Below, piece by piece: positions 26,863 through 41,213 of a DNA stretch of 64,000 nucleotides. The notes below the pieces were generated by a model. That model searched no databases. It was not told where the DNA came from and saw nothing but the letters and a program-made list of their open reading frames with translations. Source of the DNA: Octopus vulgaris (lineage: Eukaryota); contig OX597818.1 in assembly GCA_951406725.2 (NCBI GenBank), positions 132,432,001 through 132,496,000 on the forward strand, written 5' to 3'. The stretch's first letter is position 1, and the number at the start of each line of letters is the position of its first letter. The position numbers were made by a program, and so were the translations under genes.

Positions 26863-27092
26863 TTTCTTTACTACCCACAAGGGGCTAAACACAGAGGGGA
26901 CAAACAAGGACAGACAAAGGGATTAAGTCGATTACATCGACCCCAGTGCGTAGCTGGTACTTAATTTATCGACCCCGAAAGGATGAAAGGCAAAGTCGAC
27001 CTCGGCGGAATTTGAACTCGGAACGTAACGACAGACGAAATACAGCTACACAGGTCGCCCGGCGTGCTAACGTTTCTGCCAGCTCACCGCCT
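26863..27092 (-). mobile_element. SINE family C monomer in (TA)n
   Basis: Homology to family C. Confidence 0.85.
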
Positions 27093-27135
27093 TAATGTAT
27101 GTATATATATATGTATATGTGTATATGTATATATG

Positions 27136-27168
<33 letters not shown>

Positions 27169-27746
27169 GTATATGTATATATATATACTTACCTGCAAAC
27201 ATGCATACATACGTTCATACATACACATGTGTTACATATGTATATATGCTTGTGTATATATATTTGAATATGTATAAGAATATCCATACATACACACACA
27301 TATATATATACACACACACACATATATATATATATACACACACACATGCATACATACACATATATAGCCGATTACACACATTTAATAGTTAAATATTATA
27401 GTCAATGATTTTTACATTGGTTTCTCAAATATGTTATCATTGCTGGAAAACCATTAATTGTTGGGTACTGGGGAAGAATATGCTGTGTAAAAATTACATT
27501 CTTCAATGAATATGGCAGTGGAGTGAGTAGAGATTGTATTGTTTAAATTCTAGGAAATTAATGTAAGTTATATAGCTGACAGATGTAATTCATTGTTATA
27601 TTGGAATAATAGTTGTAAAAGGGAAAAACAGAATGGTTTGTTTTCTTCCTCTTCTTTTTACCCAATCATTTCCATGTTTAGTGTATTTATCTACATTTAT
27701 TTAATGTTATTTATACATTGATTCATATATATATATATATGAATCA

Positions 27747-27788
<42 letters not shown>

Positions 27789-27980
27789 CTGTATGTGTGT
27801 ATTTGTATGTGTTTATATATATATATATATATATATGTATGAATCAATGTATATATATCTATAGCTGTATGTGTGTATTTGTATGTGAGTGTATATATAT
27901 GTATATTTATAGCTATATGTGTGTATTTGTATGTGAGTGTATATATATGTATGTATGTGTGTATGTGTGTATTTGTATGT

Positions 27981-28022
<42 letters not shown>

Positions 28023-28049
28023 CTGTATGTGTGTATTTGTATGTGTGTA

Positions 28050-28085
<36 letters not shown>

Positions 28086-28147
28086 TAAATGCATGTATGT
28101 ATGTATGTATAAATGCATGTATGTATGTATGTATGTATGTATGTATG

Positions 28148-28181
<34 letters not shown>

Positions 28182-28352
28182 TGTATGTATGTATGCATGT
28201 ATGTGTGTATGTGTATATTTATTAATTTTGTATTTATTTATCTATTTATTTTGTCAGTTATTATTTATAATTTATATTTTTCCAAAGGTTGTTTTAATTA
28301 CTTGGATGCTTGTATGCATTTATGTTTACATATATATGAGAGTGCATTTGCA

Positions 28353-28383
<31 letters not shown>

Positions 28384-28681
28384 TCGTTAGTGTGTGCTTT
28401 TATGTGTGTGTGTGTGCCTGTCCATGTGTTAATTAATTATATTAGTTTATCCAACTGAATGAATGACAACGTTTCTTGATTGTTATTGCAAGTGTTGTAA
28501 CACATGTGATAGGAGGTAAGAGAATCCTCCTTGTGGCTAAAACCCATGATTCTGGTTTCAATTCTCTTCTATGCATATATGTTGTTTCTTTTATGTTATT
28601 AATGCCATTAAGGAAAACATGATGACTGCAGATACATGCCAATACAATTTCCTTTATTTACACCGTATTCTTTCATTTTTA

Positions 28682-29098
28682 CTCTTTTACTCTTTTACCT
28701 GTTTCAGTCATTTGACTGCGGCCATGCTGGAGCACCGCCTTTAGTCGAGAAATTCGACCCCGGGACTTATTCTTTTGTAAGCCCAGTACTTATTCTATCG
28801 GTCTCTTTTGCCGAACCGCTAAGTGACGGGGACATAAGCACACCAGCATCGGTTGTCAAGGAATGCTAGGGGGGACAAACACAAACACACAAACATACAT
28901 GCACACACACATATATATATATATATACATGTATACGACGGGCTTCTTTCAGTTTCCGTCTACCAAATCCACTCACAAGGCTTTGGTCGGCCCGAGGCTA
29001 TAGTAGAAGACACCTGCCCAAGATGCCACGCAGTGGGACTGAACCCGGAACCATGATGTTGGTAAGCAAGCTACTTACCACACAGCCACTCCTGTGCC
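28682..29098 (-). mobile_element. SINE family B (full length, young)
   Basis: CpG-rich intact copy. Confidence 0.88.
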
Positions 29099-29169
29099 TT
29101 TATTCTTTTATTAATTTCAGGCATTGAACTGCAGCTATCATGGTGAAGCATGATCTTTGAATGTGGGAT

Positions 29170-29688
29170 CTCAAGGAGATGATGACAAGTGATTGAGACC
29201 TTTGGCAATTTGCTGGGCTTAGGAAGACTTGTCAAACCAAGTAAGATTCTTGTTGTGGCTGAGGCCTGTGACATGTAACAGCATCCATTCCAGTAACATG
29301 GATAAGTTCTCTAGAAGTGGTTGGCATTAGGAAGGGCATCCAGCCATAGAAATCAAAAGAAAGTCAGACTGGATCCTGGTGCAGCTCTTCGGCTTGCCAG
29401 TTCCAGTTTAATTGTCTAACCCATGCTAGCATGGATAGTGGATGTTAAATAACGATGACCCTGATAGCTGGCAGAAACGTTAGCATGCCAGGCGAAATGA
29501 GTAGCCGTATTTCGTCTGTCGTTACGTTCCGAGTTCAAATTCCGCCGAGGTCGACTTTGCCTTTCATCCTTTCGGGGTCGATAAATTAAGTAGCAGTTAT
29601 GCACTGGGGTCGATGTAATCGACTTAATCCGTTTGTCTGTTGTTGTTTGTCTCCTCTGTGTTTAGCTCCTTGTGGGCAGTAAAGAAAT
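29170..29688 (+). mobile_element. Diverged family D (29170-29458) followed by SINE C (29465-29688)
   Basis: ggcattaggaagggcatccagc motif, then the family C body. Confidence 0.75.
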
Positions 29689-30035
29689 GTATATTTTAGT
29701 AAAGAAATAGATATATATATCATCATCGTCATATATATATATAGAGAGAGAGGGGGCGAAAGAGAGAGAGAAAAAGAAAGAGTGACAGAGAAAGCAATAG
29801 GTAACTATGATCTGGGGATTCAAGTGTAGGAGGCTAGTAAGATTCAAGCATTTATGCTGCTAGTACAGACAACAAATAGTGGACAATTTATGATAAAACA
29901 TGTTTATTAGCATTATAAGTTGTACATTTCTTCTCATTTCAAAATTAAAAGGTATTTCGATAAGCTAACAGTCACCATACAGCTCATAGTTTATCAACTA
30001 AAGCTCCTAAGAATGCAAATGAAAATCCAAATTGT

Positions 30036-30267
30036 AAGGAATGGGACCGGCAGCACATAGACTACAATTGTTTCATAGCAAAGTTAACCATGTTACATAA
30101 GTTGAACAAACCAAAAAATCAGTTTAGCTAATCTTCAGGTCTTTGTTACCCTGACATTATCTACATTGCCACTTAGTGATGAAAAAACATGTTTGTTACA
30201 ACTTATGTAACAAGCTTCACTTTGCTATGAAACAATTGCAATCTGTGCATTACCTGTTCCACTCCTT
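30036..30267. repeat. Imperfect inverted repeat (about 76-bp arms), MITE-like
   Basis: 30036-30111 matches the reverse complement of 30191-30267 (core caattgtttcatagcaaagt...tgttacataagttg). Confidence 0.7.
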
Positions 30268-30361
30268 GCCTCTTCAATATATATATATATATGTAGGTCC
30301 CGGATTGATTCGGGGTTAACCACAGTAAATAAGGTACTCAATACATAGCAGAGTAAAATTA

Positions 30362-30514
30362 ATTTATTATATAGAAGGAGCTTCTACAGGACTAGAACTG
30401 TTTCATTCAAGAGAAATCTTCAGGAAATGTGTGTGTGTATATATATTGCTTCCTGAAGATTTCTCTTGAATGAAACAGTTCTAGTCCTGTAGAAGCTCCT
30501 TCTATATAATAAAT
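30362..30514. mobile_element. Perfect 65-bp foldback carrying a hammerhead core in each arm
   Basis: 30362-30426 is the reverse complement of 30450-30514; CTGAAGA(30453)-t-ttc-tctt-gaa-t-GAAA-cag-TT; stem I truncated. Confidence 0.6.
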
Positions 30515-30699
30515 ATATATATATATATATATATCATGTTGAACCGTTAAACCCTACACTTTTTTCTCATTTTCTCATAATTATTTTCCTCTCAGTCCTT
30601 TCCGTCAAAAGGCATAGGCTTGAAATGTCAAAGACTTTTCCATTCTTCCAAAAGTGTTAAACTAATATACCTGCTTGTTGTTCCCTCACCTGTCTTCCT

Positions 30700-31990
30700 G
30701 TTCCCTCCCTCTGCCCCAAGAAAAACATCATCTCGGATAGTGGAATGTCTATCATTGATGGAGGCATGATAGTTGAAGAACACATTAAAGGTATTGATTA
30801 TCCTCCTACATACAAAGCACTGGGATTGGATGGCATTCCACTGGAAAGCCATCAAGTGTGCAAAAAGCATCTTATTGCATCACCTATACAAACTGTTGTG
30901 ACAGTGCTGAAAGAAGGAGCAGTGCCATAGGATATATTAGGCTGCAATATTTTTACACCACAAGGCCTAAGGGGATAGAAGCAACTGTTGCAATGACAGA
31001 GAAATCTCCTGGCTGAGCATCTTTGGGAAGATCTTCCTTTGTGTGGTTCTAAACTGACTGCTAAAAATCTCTGTAAATTAAGAATCAATGTAGCTTCAGG
31101 TCAATATGTTTCACAGTTGATATAATCGTCTCCCTACGGCAATTACAAAAGAAATGCAGAGACCAAAAAACATCCACTCTACATCACATTCATTGACCTC
31201 ACAAAGACCTTTGAACTTGTGAGCAGAGATGGTCTGAATAAAATTCATGTCAAGATTGGCTGCTCTGTACTATTACATAGGATTTTTCAGCCAGACATGA
31301 AAGGTGACATCCAGTTTGATGGTGCTTTCTCAGAATCTTTCAGTATTTACAGTGGACTGAAACAGGGCTGTGCACTCATACTCAATCTTGATCTGGCAGT
31401 GTTTCTACAGCTGGATGCCCTTCCTAACGCCAACCACTCCGTGAGTGTAGTGGGTGCTTTTTATATGCCACCGACACAGGTGCCAGACGAGGCTGGCACG
31501 GCCACGATCGGATGATGTTTGTTACGTGCCACCGGCACGGAGGTCAGGCGAGGCTGGCACGGCCATGATCGGATGGTGTTTGTTACGTGCCACCAGCACG
31601 GAGGCCAGTCAATGCGGTGCTGGCTACGGCCACGTTCGGATGGTTCGGATAAATAGACATATTAGACATAAATAGACATATCTCACCTGAGATAAATAGA
31701 CATATTAGAAGATCTGACTTAACATTAGTTATATTGACAATGAGAATTTGTAAGACATTAAGCTAATGTCAGCACACACTGAGGTTACACTCTACTGAGG
31801 TTGCAACCTAAGCTCACTGCTTTATGGCAGTGAAACCAAGAGCATCTTCTCTAGACATGAGAGGTGATTTGATGCCAATACAGTCTAAGATGAATTCTGA
31901 ACACCAAATTGATTGATCTAGCTACCAGCAATGAGATTCCGGCTCACACACAAGATACTCAGCCACACTGTACATTGTATGACATTATAT
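30700..31990 (+). mobile_element. Degenerate RTE/BovB-type reverse transcriptase, interrupted by a family D copy (31389-31645, minus)
   Basis: KALGLDGIP, LRQLQKKCR, DLTKTFELVSRDGL, SGLKQGCAL and LLYGSET motifs in RT order. Confidence 0.85.
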
Positions 31991-32003
31991 ATTGTATTAT
32001 ATG

Positions 32004-32549
32004 TGGAGGCGCAATGGCCCAGTGGTTAGGGCAGCGGACTTGTGGTCATAGGATCGCGGTTTCGATTCCCAGACCGGGCGTTGTGAGTGTTTATAGAGCG
32101 AAAACACCTAAAGCTCCACGAGGCTCTGGCAGGGGATGGTGGTGATCCCTGCTGTACTCTTTCACCACAACTTTCTCTCACTCTTACTTCCTGTTTCTGT
32201 TGTACCTGTATTTCAACGGAACAGCCTGCTCGTGAAATTAACGTGTAAGTGGCTGAGCACTCCACAGACACGTGTACCCTTAACGTAGTTCTCGGGGATA
32301 TTCAGCGTGACACAGAGAGTGACAAGGCTGGCCCTTTGAAATACAGGTACAACAGAAACAGGAAGTAAGAGTGAGAGAAAGTTGTGGTGAAAGAGTACAG
32401 CAGGGATCACCACCATCCCCTGCCGGAGCCTCGTGGAGCTTTTAGGTGTTTTCGCTCAATAAACACTCACAACGCCCGGTCTGGGAATCGAAACTGCGAT
32501 ACTACGACCGCGAGTCTGCTGCCCTAAGCACTGGGCCATTGCGCCTCCA
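32004..32549. mobile_element. SINE family A foldback: + copy (32004-32216) fused to - copy (32213-32549)
   Basis: About 210-bp inverted arms joined at a TCAA microhomology. Confidence 0.9.
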
Positions 32550-32630
32550 CTCTTACATAATATAAGTCTTGTCAACATAGACCAGCATCAGCATCTTTGG
32601 AGCCTGTTTGATCACATCTATCTGTTTCTG

Positions 32631-32669
<39 letters not shown>

Positions 32670-33089
32670 TCCTCCACCTCCTCATCATCATTGTCATTAT
32701 TTAACACCTGTTTTCTCTGCTCACATGATTTGACAGAAGCTGACCAGCTGATGGGCTGTTCAGGTTTCATGTCTATTTTGGCATGTTTTCTACAACTGGA
32801 TGCCGTTCCTAATGCCAACCACTTTAGAGAGTGTACTGGGTGTTTTTACACAGCACCAGCACGAGTGCTTTTTATGCGGTACCAGCACATACAGGTCCAC
32901 AAGATTAGGGATGCTCATCAGTAGAGGGTTGCAAGGGAGAAGCTTGTATGCAAGGGCAACTATACATTCACTGTGTATATATATATATTCTTTTATTCTT
33001 TTATACATTCTAGCCCAGAGGCTGTGACCATACTGGAGCAAAAATTAATATATACACCTATATCTGTATCTATATATGTGTATATGAGT

Positions 33090-33385
33090 GTGAAGGCACA
33101 TGACCTAGTGGTTTAGGTGTTGTACTTATGATTGCAAGGTTGTGGTTTCAATTCTCAAGACTGGTAGTGGTGTGTTCTGTTTTTGCACAAAATGCTTTGA
33201 TTCACATTGTTCCAAACTCCTCATCTGCAAATGGGGAAACCTGTAAAGGACATGCATTCTGTTCAGGAAAAAGTGTTGGTCTGCCTGCCTGCCTGTCTGA
33301 TTGGCTGCCTAGCCAGTGCAGTGGCATCATGCAAAAGCTAAGACAATGTGAGATAGCACATAGTGACCAGCAATATTTAATAACA
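33090..33385 (+). mobile_element. Old SINE, head2 + tail2
   Basis: gtgaaggcacatgacctagtggtt head like 41214; tagccag..gtggcatcat..gtgaccagc tail like 39985-40060. Confidence 0.55.
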
Positions 33386-33409
33386 TATAAAATCCTTAAA
33401 TCCTTAAAA

Positions 33410-33685
33410 ATGTTTTAGCCCGAAGGCCGCAGCCATGCTGGGGCACCACCGCTGAATGAGCTACACTAATATGTGAATCCACCTCTGATACGTGGCACTT
33501 GACCAACAAGGGAGTTCGATGCTGCTGCCCGCATCTGTGTCTCCTGTCATGAGGTAGGTTCATCTGGGACACCCGACAAGAAGAGATCCAGTTTAGTTTT
33601 AAAGAAACCCACATCCACACCATGCAAGTCTCTCAGGTATTTAGGGAGGATGTTAAAGAGCTGTGGTCCTCTGAAGCCCAAGCTT
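33410..33685 (-). mobile_element. CR1/L2-group LINE 3' end, second copy
   Basis: Reverse complement encodes LGFRGPQLFNILPKYLRDLHGVDVGFFKTKLDLFLSGVPDEPT. Confidence 0.8.
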
Positions 33686-34169
33686 ATAATTGTCTTCCCT
33701 ATGTGCAGATGAGGAGATTGGAACAATGTGAATCAAAGCATTTTGTGCAAAAACAGAACACACCACAACAGGTCTTGAGAACTGAAACCACAACCTTGCA
33801 ATCATAAGTACGACATTTAAACCACTGGGTCATGGTTAATACAGTGATATGAGTATTTATGTTGTCCAAATCATATCAACATAGAGCATCGACATTAAAT
33901 GATGATGATGATGATGATGATGATGATTATGTATGTAGACATTTATATATGTATGCATGTATGTATGTATGTATTTATGTATGAACACATATTGTAAACT
34001 TAAAAAAATCAATAACTTAGAGACAAATGCTTCAGACAAAAACAAAATAAAATAAAATTTCAGTTTCTAATATAAATTTATTTAAAGAAATTTCTTTGCT
34101 TTCTTAGGGAAGTCTTAGTTTTCTTAATATATTTTTATATTTTATCCTTGTGTATACTTTGTATTCTTT

Positions 34170-34372
34170 CACAAACATAAGTATACACAAACACACACGC
34201 ATACATATATATATATATATATATGCATGTATATATTTATATATATATATATTTATATGTATATATCTATATGTATGTACATCTATACATACACAAATAT
34301 GTATGTATATATATATGTACATATATATATGTATATGTATATATGTGTGTGTGTATATATATTGCTGTATTG

Positions 34373-34419
<47 letters not shown>

Positions 34420-34461
34420 CATATGCACATGTATATATATATATATATATACTTACATATC

Positions 34462-34496
<35 letters not shown>

Positions 34497-35067
34497 GTGC
34501 ATATGTATGTGTATACATACATGTTTCCATATATATATATGTATATATCATCATCATAAAACGGACGCTAAATGATGATGATATATACATATATATATAT
34601 GGAAACATGTATGTATACACATACATATGCACATGTATATATATATATATATATATATATATGTGGATATGTGTATGCGTGTTTATGTGTATATGAATGT
34701 GTACGTATGTGTATGCACTCATTATTTCTAGATATTAAGTTAAATTTATTTTTTTGTGCTGATATTTAATTCAACAAAATCAAGAATGGAGAAAAAAAAA
34801 GCATGTAGTTTCCAAAAATTAAACAATAATAACGAAGAAGCTAATGATAATAATGTGCAAAAGAAGAAAAAGCAAGCAGAAAGAAAGGAAGAAATAATAG
34901 CAGTTTCATTTTACATATATATTTCTGTGATTTTCTTTTTCTTTTAAAGAATCTGTTGTCTCATGTATATATTCATTTAGAGTTTTGTCTCAACAGATTA
35001 CAAATTATATTTACTGCAATGCTGCAATGAATATTTCGCACATAGTGCACAAATATGCATATACACA

Positions 35068-35114
<47 letters not shown>

Positions 35115-35411
35115 CCACTGGTGTATATGTATATAAATTGATAGATATATAGATAAATAGATGATAGATAGATATGGCTGTGTATATGTATATATATATT
35201 TCTACATGCATATACACATACACACATATGTACATATGTGTATACATACATACATACATACATATATATATGCATATATATATATATAAATATATATATA
35301 TAAGCATACATATGTATATGTTTTTTTGTATAAGTATACATGCACTCACATATATATGTATATATATGCATACATATATATATACGTGTGTGTGTGTATA
35401 TATATATATAT

Positions 35412-35454
<43 letters not shown>

Positions 35455-36553
35455 CATGTGTATATATACACACACCTATATATATACATGCATATATATA
35501 TATATATATATATATTCCTATATGTATATACACATGTATACATATGTATGTATACACTTACACAAACGCCCACAACTCACAGCCAAATATTTATGTGTAA
35601 TGTATAAATACTACTGGGATTTAATGAAACGATATTTAGAAAACTATGTAACTTAATGTAATTAATCCTTCAATAAATTTATGACCTTGGTGTTTCAGCG
35701 AAAGGAGCCAGTATGAATTTCTATTAAGTTAAAGCTTAGCAAAGAGAATTGGCAGGATAAGCAAACATGTATATCTGTCAGATTCCTGACGCTACATACC
35801 AAACAATTATTAACTCATGATGGAACCATTGCAGGATATCAATGTTCGTGTATATTAAGCAAAATAATAAAATATCAACAGCCAGCAATAGCAACAGCAA
35901 TAAGAACAACAATAAGAATGGCGGTAAAAATAGAATGAAATTAAAGTAAAATAATAATCTTAATAAGCAGCATACTAAGAGGTGTAACAACACAGAAACA
36001 TGAACTTACAAAGATACACACAAACACATGAATACACACATTAGTATATATACATATATATATATATGTATATATATATATACGTATATATCTAATTATA
36101 TATATATACACATACATATACACATATATTTATACATATGTATACATATACATGTGCATATATATGTACATATATATACATGTATATACAAACATATATA
36201 TACATATGCATATATATATATATACACACATATGCATACATACATACATATATGTATACATAGATATATACATATTTATGTATATATATTTATGTATATA
36301 TATTTATGTACAGATATATATATACATATATAAACGCATATATATGTACATATATATACATATATAAACATATACATGCACACATATATATATACAGATA
36401 TATATACATATATATATACACACACACACACATATATATATACACACATATGTATATATACATACATATATATATACACATATATATACACACACATATA
36501 TTTACATACGTATATATATATATATACATGTATATGTATATATACATATATAT

Positions 36554-36596
<43 letters not shown>

Positions 36597-36824
36597 TGTA
36601 TATATATGCACATATATATATATGCATATATAGTAGGTACTGCAAATTTAGGGTGAATACTTGATAAGTGTACCGCGATATCTTTTGTGTTCTGTTTTTG
36701 ATTTTATTTGATATATGCATACATATATATATATACATATATGTACATGCATATATATATATACATATATATGTATATATAGATAGATTGATAAATATAT
36801 ATATACACACTCATATACAGTATA

Positions 36825-36862
<38 letters not shown>

Positions 36863-36917
36863 GCATATTATATACATTTTATATATACACATATATTTGC
36901 ATAGATATATCTACACA

Positions 36918-36969
<52 letters not shown>

Positions 36970-36993
36970 AATATAAACACATATATGTTTATG

Positions 36994-37024
<31 letters not shown>

Positions 37025-37909
37025 GTGTATGTGTGTGTATATGTGTGTATGTGTGTCTGTGTGTGTGTATAACTTCATACACACATGAACACTTCTAAAT
37101 ACATTCATGCTGACATAACTATGTCAACTTCGTGCAGTCTAGATAATGTCATCAACCAAATTTTCACGTACATACATGCATATACACACATACATACACA
37201 CATACACATGCGTGCACACACACACACACTCAGATATATGTGGTAGATTTAGATTACATTATGTATATCCAATTTATATCCTGATATATAATTGTGAAAA
37301 ACAAATTTCTTTTTCTCCTTCTAATATTTGTTATGCTGTATATCACATCTAATATTACACGAGGCTTTAGCATTGGTGTTGTGCAGTAGGTGATAGGAGG
37401 TGTGAAATATATTGTAGATATTTGCTTTGTTTAGGGAATCAAGAGTAACCCTTATTACACACACCAACGATACTATAAACAACAACAACAGCAACGATGA
37501 AAACAGAAGCAACAGTACAAAATGCTATAAAACACCCATCAAAAAGGAAAAATAGGGATCACCAAGAAAACACTTTGTATAAGAAAATAAATTAAAATAA
37601 AGCAGAAGAAATGTATAGAATAAACTATTCATTCATGAGTAAAGTGTGTCTACATTTTGACATCTTTATGTATTTTATAGAAGCTTGAGGTCTCAATTCT
37701 TTTCATATATGTCTCTATCTATTATCAATTTATATATTTCTTTCTGTATCTCTGTATGTATGTATGTATGTATATACATATTCATATATACATACATACG
37801 CACAAAGAGACACACATTCAGACACATACATATATATATACGTGTGTGTGGGTATATATGTATGCATGTGTATATATATATATATATATAAATATAATCT
37901 GTTCATTTG

Positions 37910-37949
<40 letters not shown>

Positions 37950-38083
37950 TATATGATATATATATATATAAATATATATTTATAAATAAATATATATTGT
38001 GAAGTATAGTGGCACCTAAATGTCGCCGACCCATATGGGATGATGCTACTGTAGTTTATAGCCCCAGGAAGACATCTCTGATA

Positions 38084-38121
<38 letters not shown>

Positions 38122-38225
38122 TATATATAAATATATATGTAGATATATATATCACATGATATATATATATACATTATATAATGTATATGTATAATATATA
38201 ATGTATATATATATATATATATAAG
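34170..38225. repeat. Large degenerate (TA)/(CA)/(TACA) low-complexity block with short unique spacers
   Basis: Direct inspection; source of many spurious YI-rich ORFs. Confidence 0.9.
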
Positions 38226-38531
38226 GTTAGTTGAGTTAGGGGTTAAAATAATCATCTAAAGAATAGAAGTATCCATTACTCTACGTGTGTATTACCTATG
38301 TTTAACCATGGGCATACATATGCAAACATATTATGCTCATAAGTTATAGGTAAAGACAAGGATAAACATGGGTTTATCAAGAATTAAAATTTAAAGAAAA
38401 CAGAAAATGGAAAAGTACCGAGGAACCACAATTGACTTACATCAATTATTATTTATTTATTCAATGCAAACAGACTGCTTCCAATGTTGTATGGTATTGC
38501 CATTGATATGTAAAGTATGTAAAAACATTAA

Positions 38532-38839
38532 CCCCTTACCCAACAATTATTTTGAAAATAAAGGTATTTTTTCAGACATATTTTTTAATTGTTTTATTTT
38601 ACTATGTTTTGAATGGTGATTTCGAGGTATATTTCAAACCTTATTTATTATGAATTTTAATTCAATAATATTGATTTTAAATTACCGCTTTGGGCAGAAA
38701 CGAGTTAACCCGTTTTTAGACGAAGGAACTCGTTTGCTGTCGATTTTGGCGATTCTATCTTTTGACGAGTTAACTCGCCAGAGATAGAAAAAAACGATTT
38801 CGGTCAAAACGCATATATTCGTTTCTGCCGGGTAAGGGG
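38532..38839. mobile_element. piggyBac-type MITE (second family)
   Basis: TTAA|CCCCTTACCC...GGGTAAGGGG|TTAA. Confidence 0.85.
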
Positions 38840-39039
38840 TTAATCATATTTGGTAATAAAACCGATCTGAAACAAGGAGCTCCTTCAGAGTGAAGAATAA
38901 GTTTTTTTAAAGAAAGAGAAAAGTTCAGCTTTTCTGTTTTAACTTCTCTATGCTCTTCCTCTTGCTTGAGATCGGTTTTATTACCAAATATGATTAATAT
39001 TTTTACATACATGAAAATTAAAATTGAATGAATATTGTA

Positions 39040-39602
39040 GTTGTGATACTTGTGCCGGTGGCACGTAGGGCCTCACAGAGGAAATGACAATGACCGAGAC
39101 CTCTGAGATATGGTGTGACTGTGAAGACCCAACAAATGAAGTGTGTACATGGCTCGCAGAATGGCCTGCTGTGCTAACTTTGGATCGTAGAGTGACCTGC
39201 TGTTCTTGAGGAGACCTATTGAGTCAAGTACGTCAACACCAACATCAAAATAAAAATCAAATGGAAATTGTAGTTAAGATACCCATGCTGGTGACACATA
39301 AAAAGCACCATCCGAATGTGGCCGATGCCAGTGCCGCCTGACTGGCGTCCATGTCGGTGACACTTAAAGCACCAACTGATCGTAGCCGTTTGCCAGTCCC
39401 CTCTGGACCCTGTGCCAGTGGCACATAAAAAGCACCCACTACACTCATGGAGTGGTTGGCGTTAGGAAGGGCATCCAGCTGTAAAAACACTGCCAGATCA
39501 GACTGGAGCCTGGTGCAGCCTTCTGGCTTCCCAGACCCCGGTCGAACCGTCCAACCAATGCTAGCATAGAAAATGGACGTTAAACGACGATGATTATGAT
39601 GA
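39040..39602 (+). mobile_element. Family D: RTE LINE ORF end plus 3'UTR with tandem ggtggcacgtaaaaagcacc motifs and (GAT)n tail
   Basis: 5' part resembles GLTEEMT-DRDLWR (RTE C-terminus, frameshifted); inserted inside a PLE-like foldback (about 38450-39690). Confidence 0.75.
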
Positions 39603-39798
39603 CTTTGCATATCAGTGGCAATACCATACAACATTGAAAGCAGAAACAGCTGTTAGACGGGATGCAGTCTATTTACATTGAATTAATAAATAGTAATTGA
39701 TGTAAGTCAATTGTTGTTCAACAGTACTTCTCTATTTTCTTTATATATATATATATATATATATATATCATATTATATTATATTCATATATATAAATA

Positions 39799-40103
39799 TG
39801 GAGGCGCAATGGCCCAGTGGTTAGGGCAGCGGACTCACGGTTGTAGGATCGTGGTTTCCATTCCCATACTGGGCATTGTGAGTGTTTATTGAGCGAAACA
39901 CCTTAAAGCTCCACGAGGCTCCGGCAGGGGGTAGTGATCCCTGCTGTACTCTTTCACCACTCTTTCTCTCACACTTTCTTCTATTGGCCTGCTCGCTTAG
40001 CCAGCGGGGTGGCGTCATTCGGAGGCTAAAACAATGCGAATGCATTGTGACCAGCGATGTGTAACAACATCTGATGGCCTGGTCGGTCACGTGATCACGT
40101 GAT
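39799..40103 (+). mobile_element. SINE family A, head1 + tail2
   Basis: A/B boxes; ends ggtcggtcacgtgatcacgtgat. Confidence 0.85.
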
Positions 40104-40150
40104 ATATAAATATAATGTGTGAGTGTGTGTATATATATGTATATATATAT

Positions 40151-40204
40151 ATCATCATCATCATCATCATCATTTAGCATCCGCTTTCCATGCTAGCATG
40201 GGTT

Positions 40205-40251
<47 letters not shown>

Positions 40252-40364
40252 TACATATATCTGGACTGGTGCAGCTTTCGGGCTCCCCAGACCCCAGTTG
40301 AACCGTCCAACCCATGCTAGCATGGAAAGCGGACGTTAAATGATGATGATGATGATGATGATGA
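40151..40364. mobile_element. Family D tail foldback around (TA)n
   Basis: 40151-40208 (minus) and 40261-40364 (plus) are inverted. Confidence 0.75.
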
Positions 40365-40606
40365 TATATATATGTATGTGCATGTGTGTGTGTGTTTGTA
40401 TATGTATTCGTGTGCATTATGTATATACAAGTCATTAAATGATATTTTCTATTCCTTCCTTCCTTCAATATTTCTAACCATATTCCTCTATGAATTTAAA
40501 GAACTTTCCATTTAATGCGACCCTTATACGATATTTTACTTTATTCAACATGACCTACAATTATAAAAAGACCCTCTATCAGTCTCTTTTGCCAAACTAC
40601 TATATT

Positions 40607-41025
40607 GTGGCTGTGTGGTAAGTAGCTTGCTTACCAACCACATGGTTCCGGGTTCAGTCCCACTGCGTGGCATCTTGGGCAAATGTCTTCTGCTATAGCC
40701 TCGGGCCAACCAAAGCCTTGTGAGTGGATTTGGTAGACGGAAACTGAAAGAAGCCTGTCGTATATATGTATATATATATATGTATGTATATGTGTGTATG
40801 TGTTTGTGTGTCTGTGTTTGTCCCCCTAGCATTGCTTGACAACCGATGCTGGTGTGTTTATGTCCCCGTCACTTAGCGGTTCGGCAAAAGAGACCAATAG
40901 AATAAGTACTGGGCTTACAAACGAATAAGTTCTGGGGTCGATTTGCTCGACTAAAAGGCGGTGCTCCAGCATGGCCGCAGTCAAATGACTGAAACAAGTA
41001 AAAGAGTAAAAGAGTAAAAGAGTAA
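40607..41025 (+). mobile_element. SINE family B
   Basis: Full body plus (GTAAAAGA)n tail. Confidence 0.88.
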
Positions 41026-41213
41026 ATCTACATCAACTCAGACTATGTTGTCTTATGAAAAAAAAAAAATAAAAAGGGAAGGACAGATATTAGATAATGT
41101 AGTTCCAAGTAAACTACCACCTTCCAATCATGCCTTGAATTAGAAGATTGGTTGGTTATGACTGGAATGTATTTGATATGTCTGCTCAGTCAGTATTGAC
41201 CTAGGACTGAACA

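Noticed and set aside
32004-32075. tRNA genes at SINE heads (also 39799, 41214, 51538)
   Set aside because: A/B boxes continue into multi-copy SINE bodies and I could not fold a proper acceptor stem
38770-39012. ORF with IFGNKTDL...REV resembling a Rab/Ras G4 motif
   Set aside because: It lies in the arm of a PLE-like inverted repeat (mirrored at 38840-38875, continuing at 39600-39690), with no other G-boxes or splice context; probably coincidental
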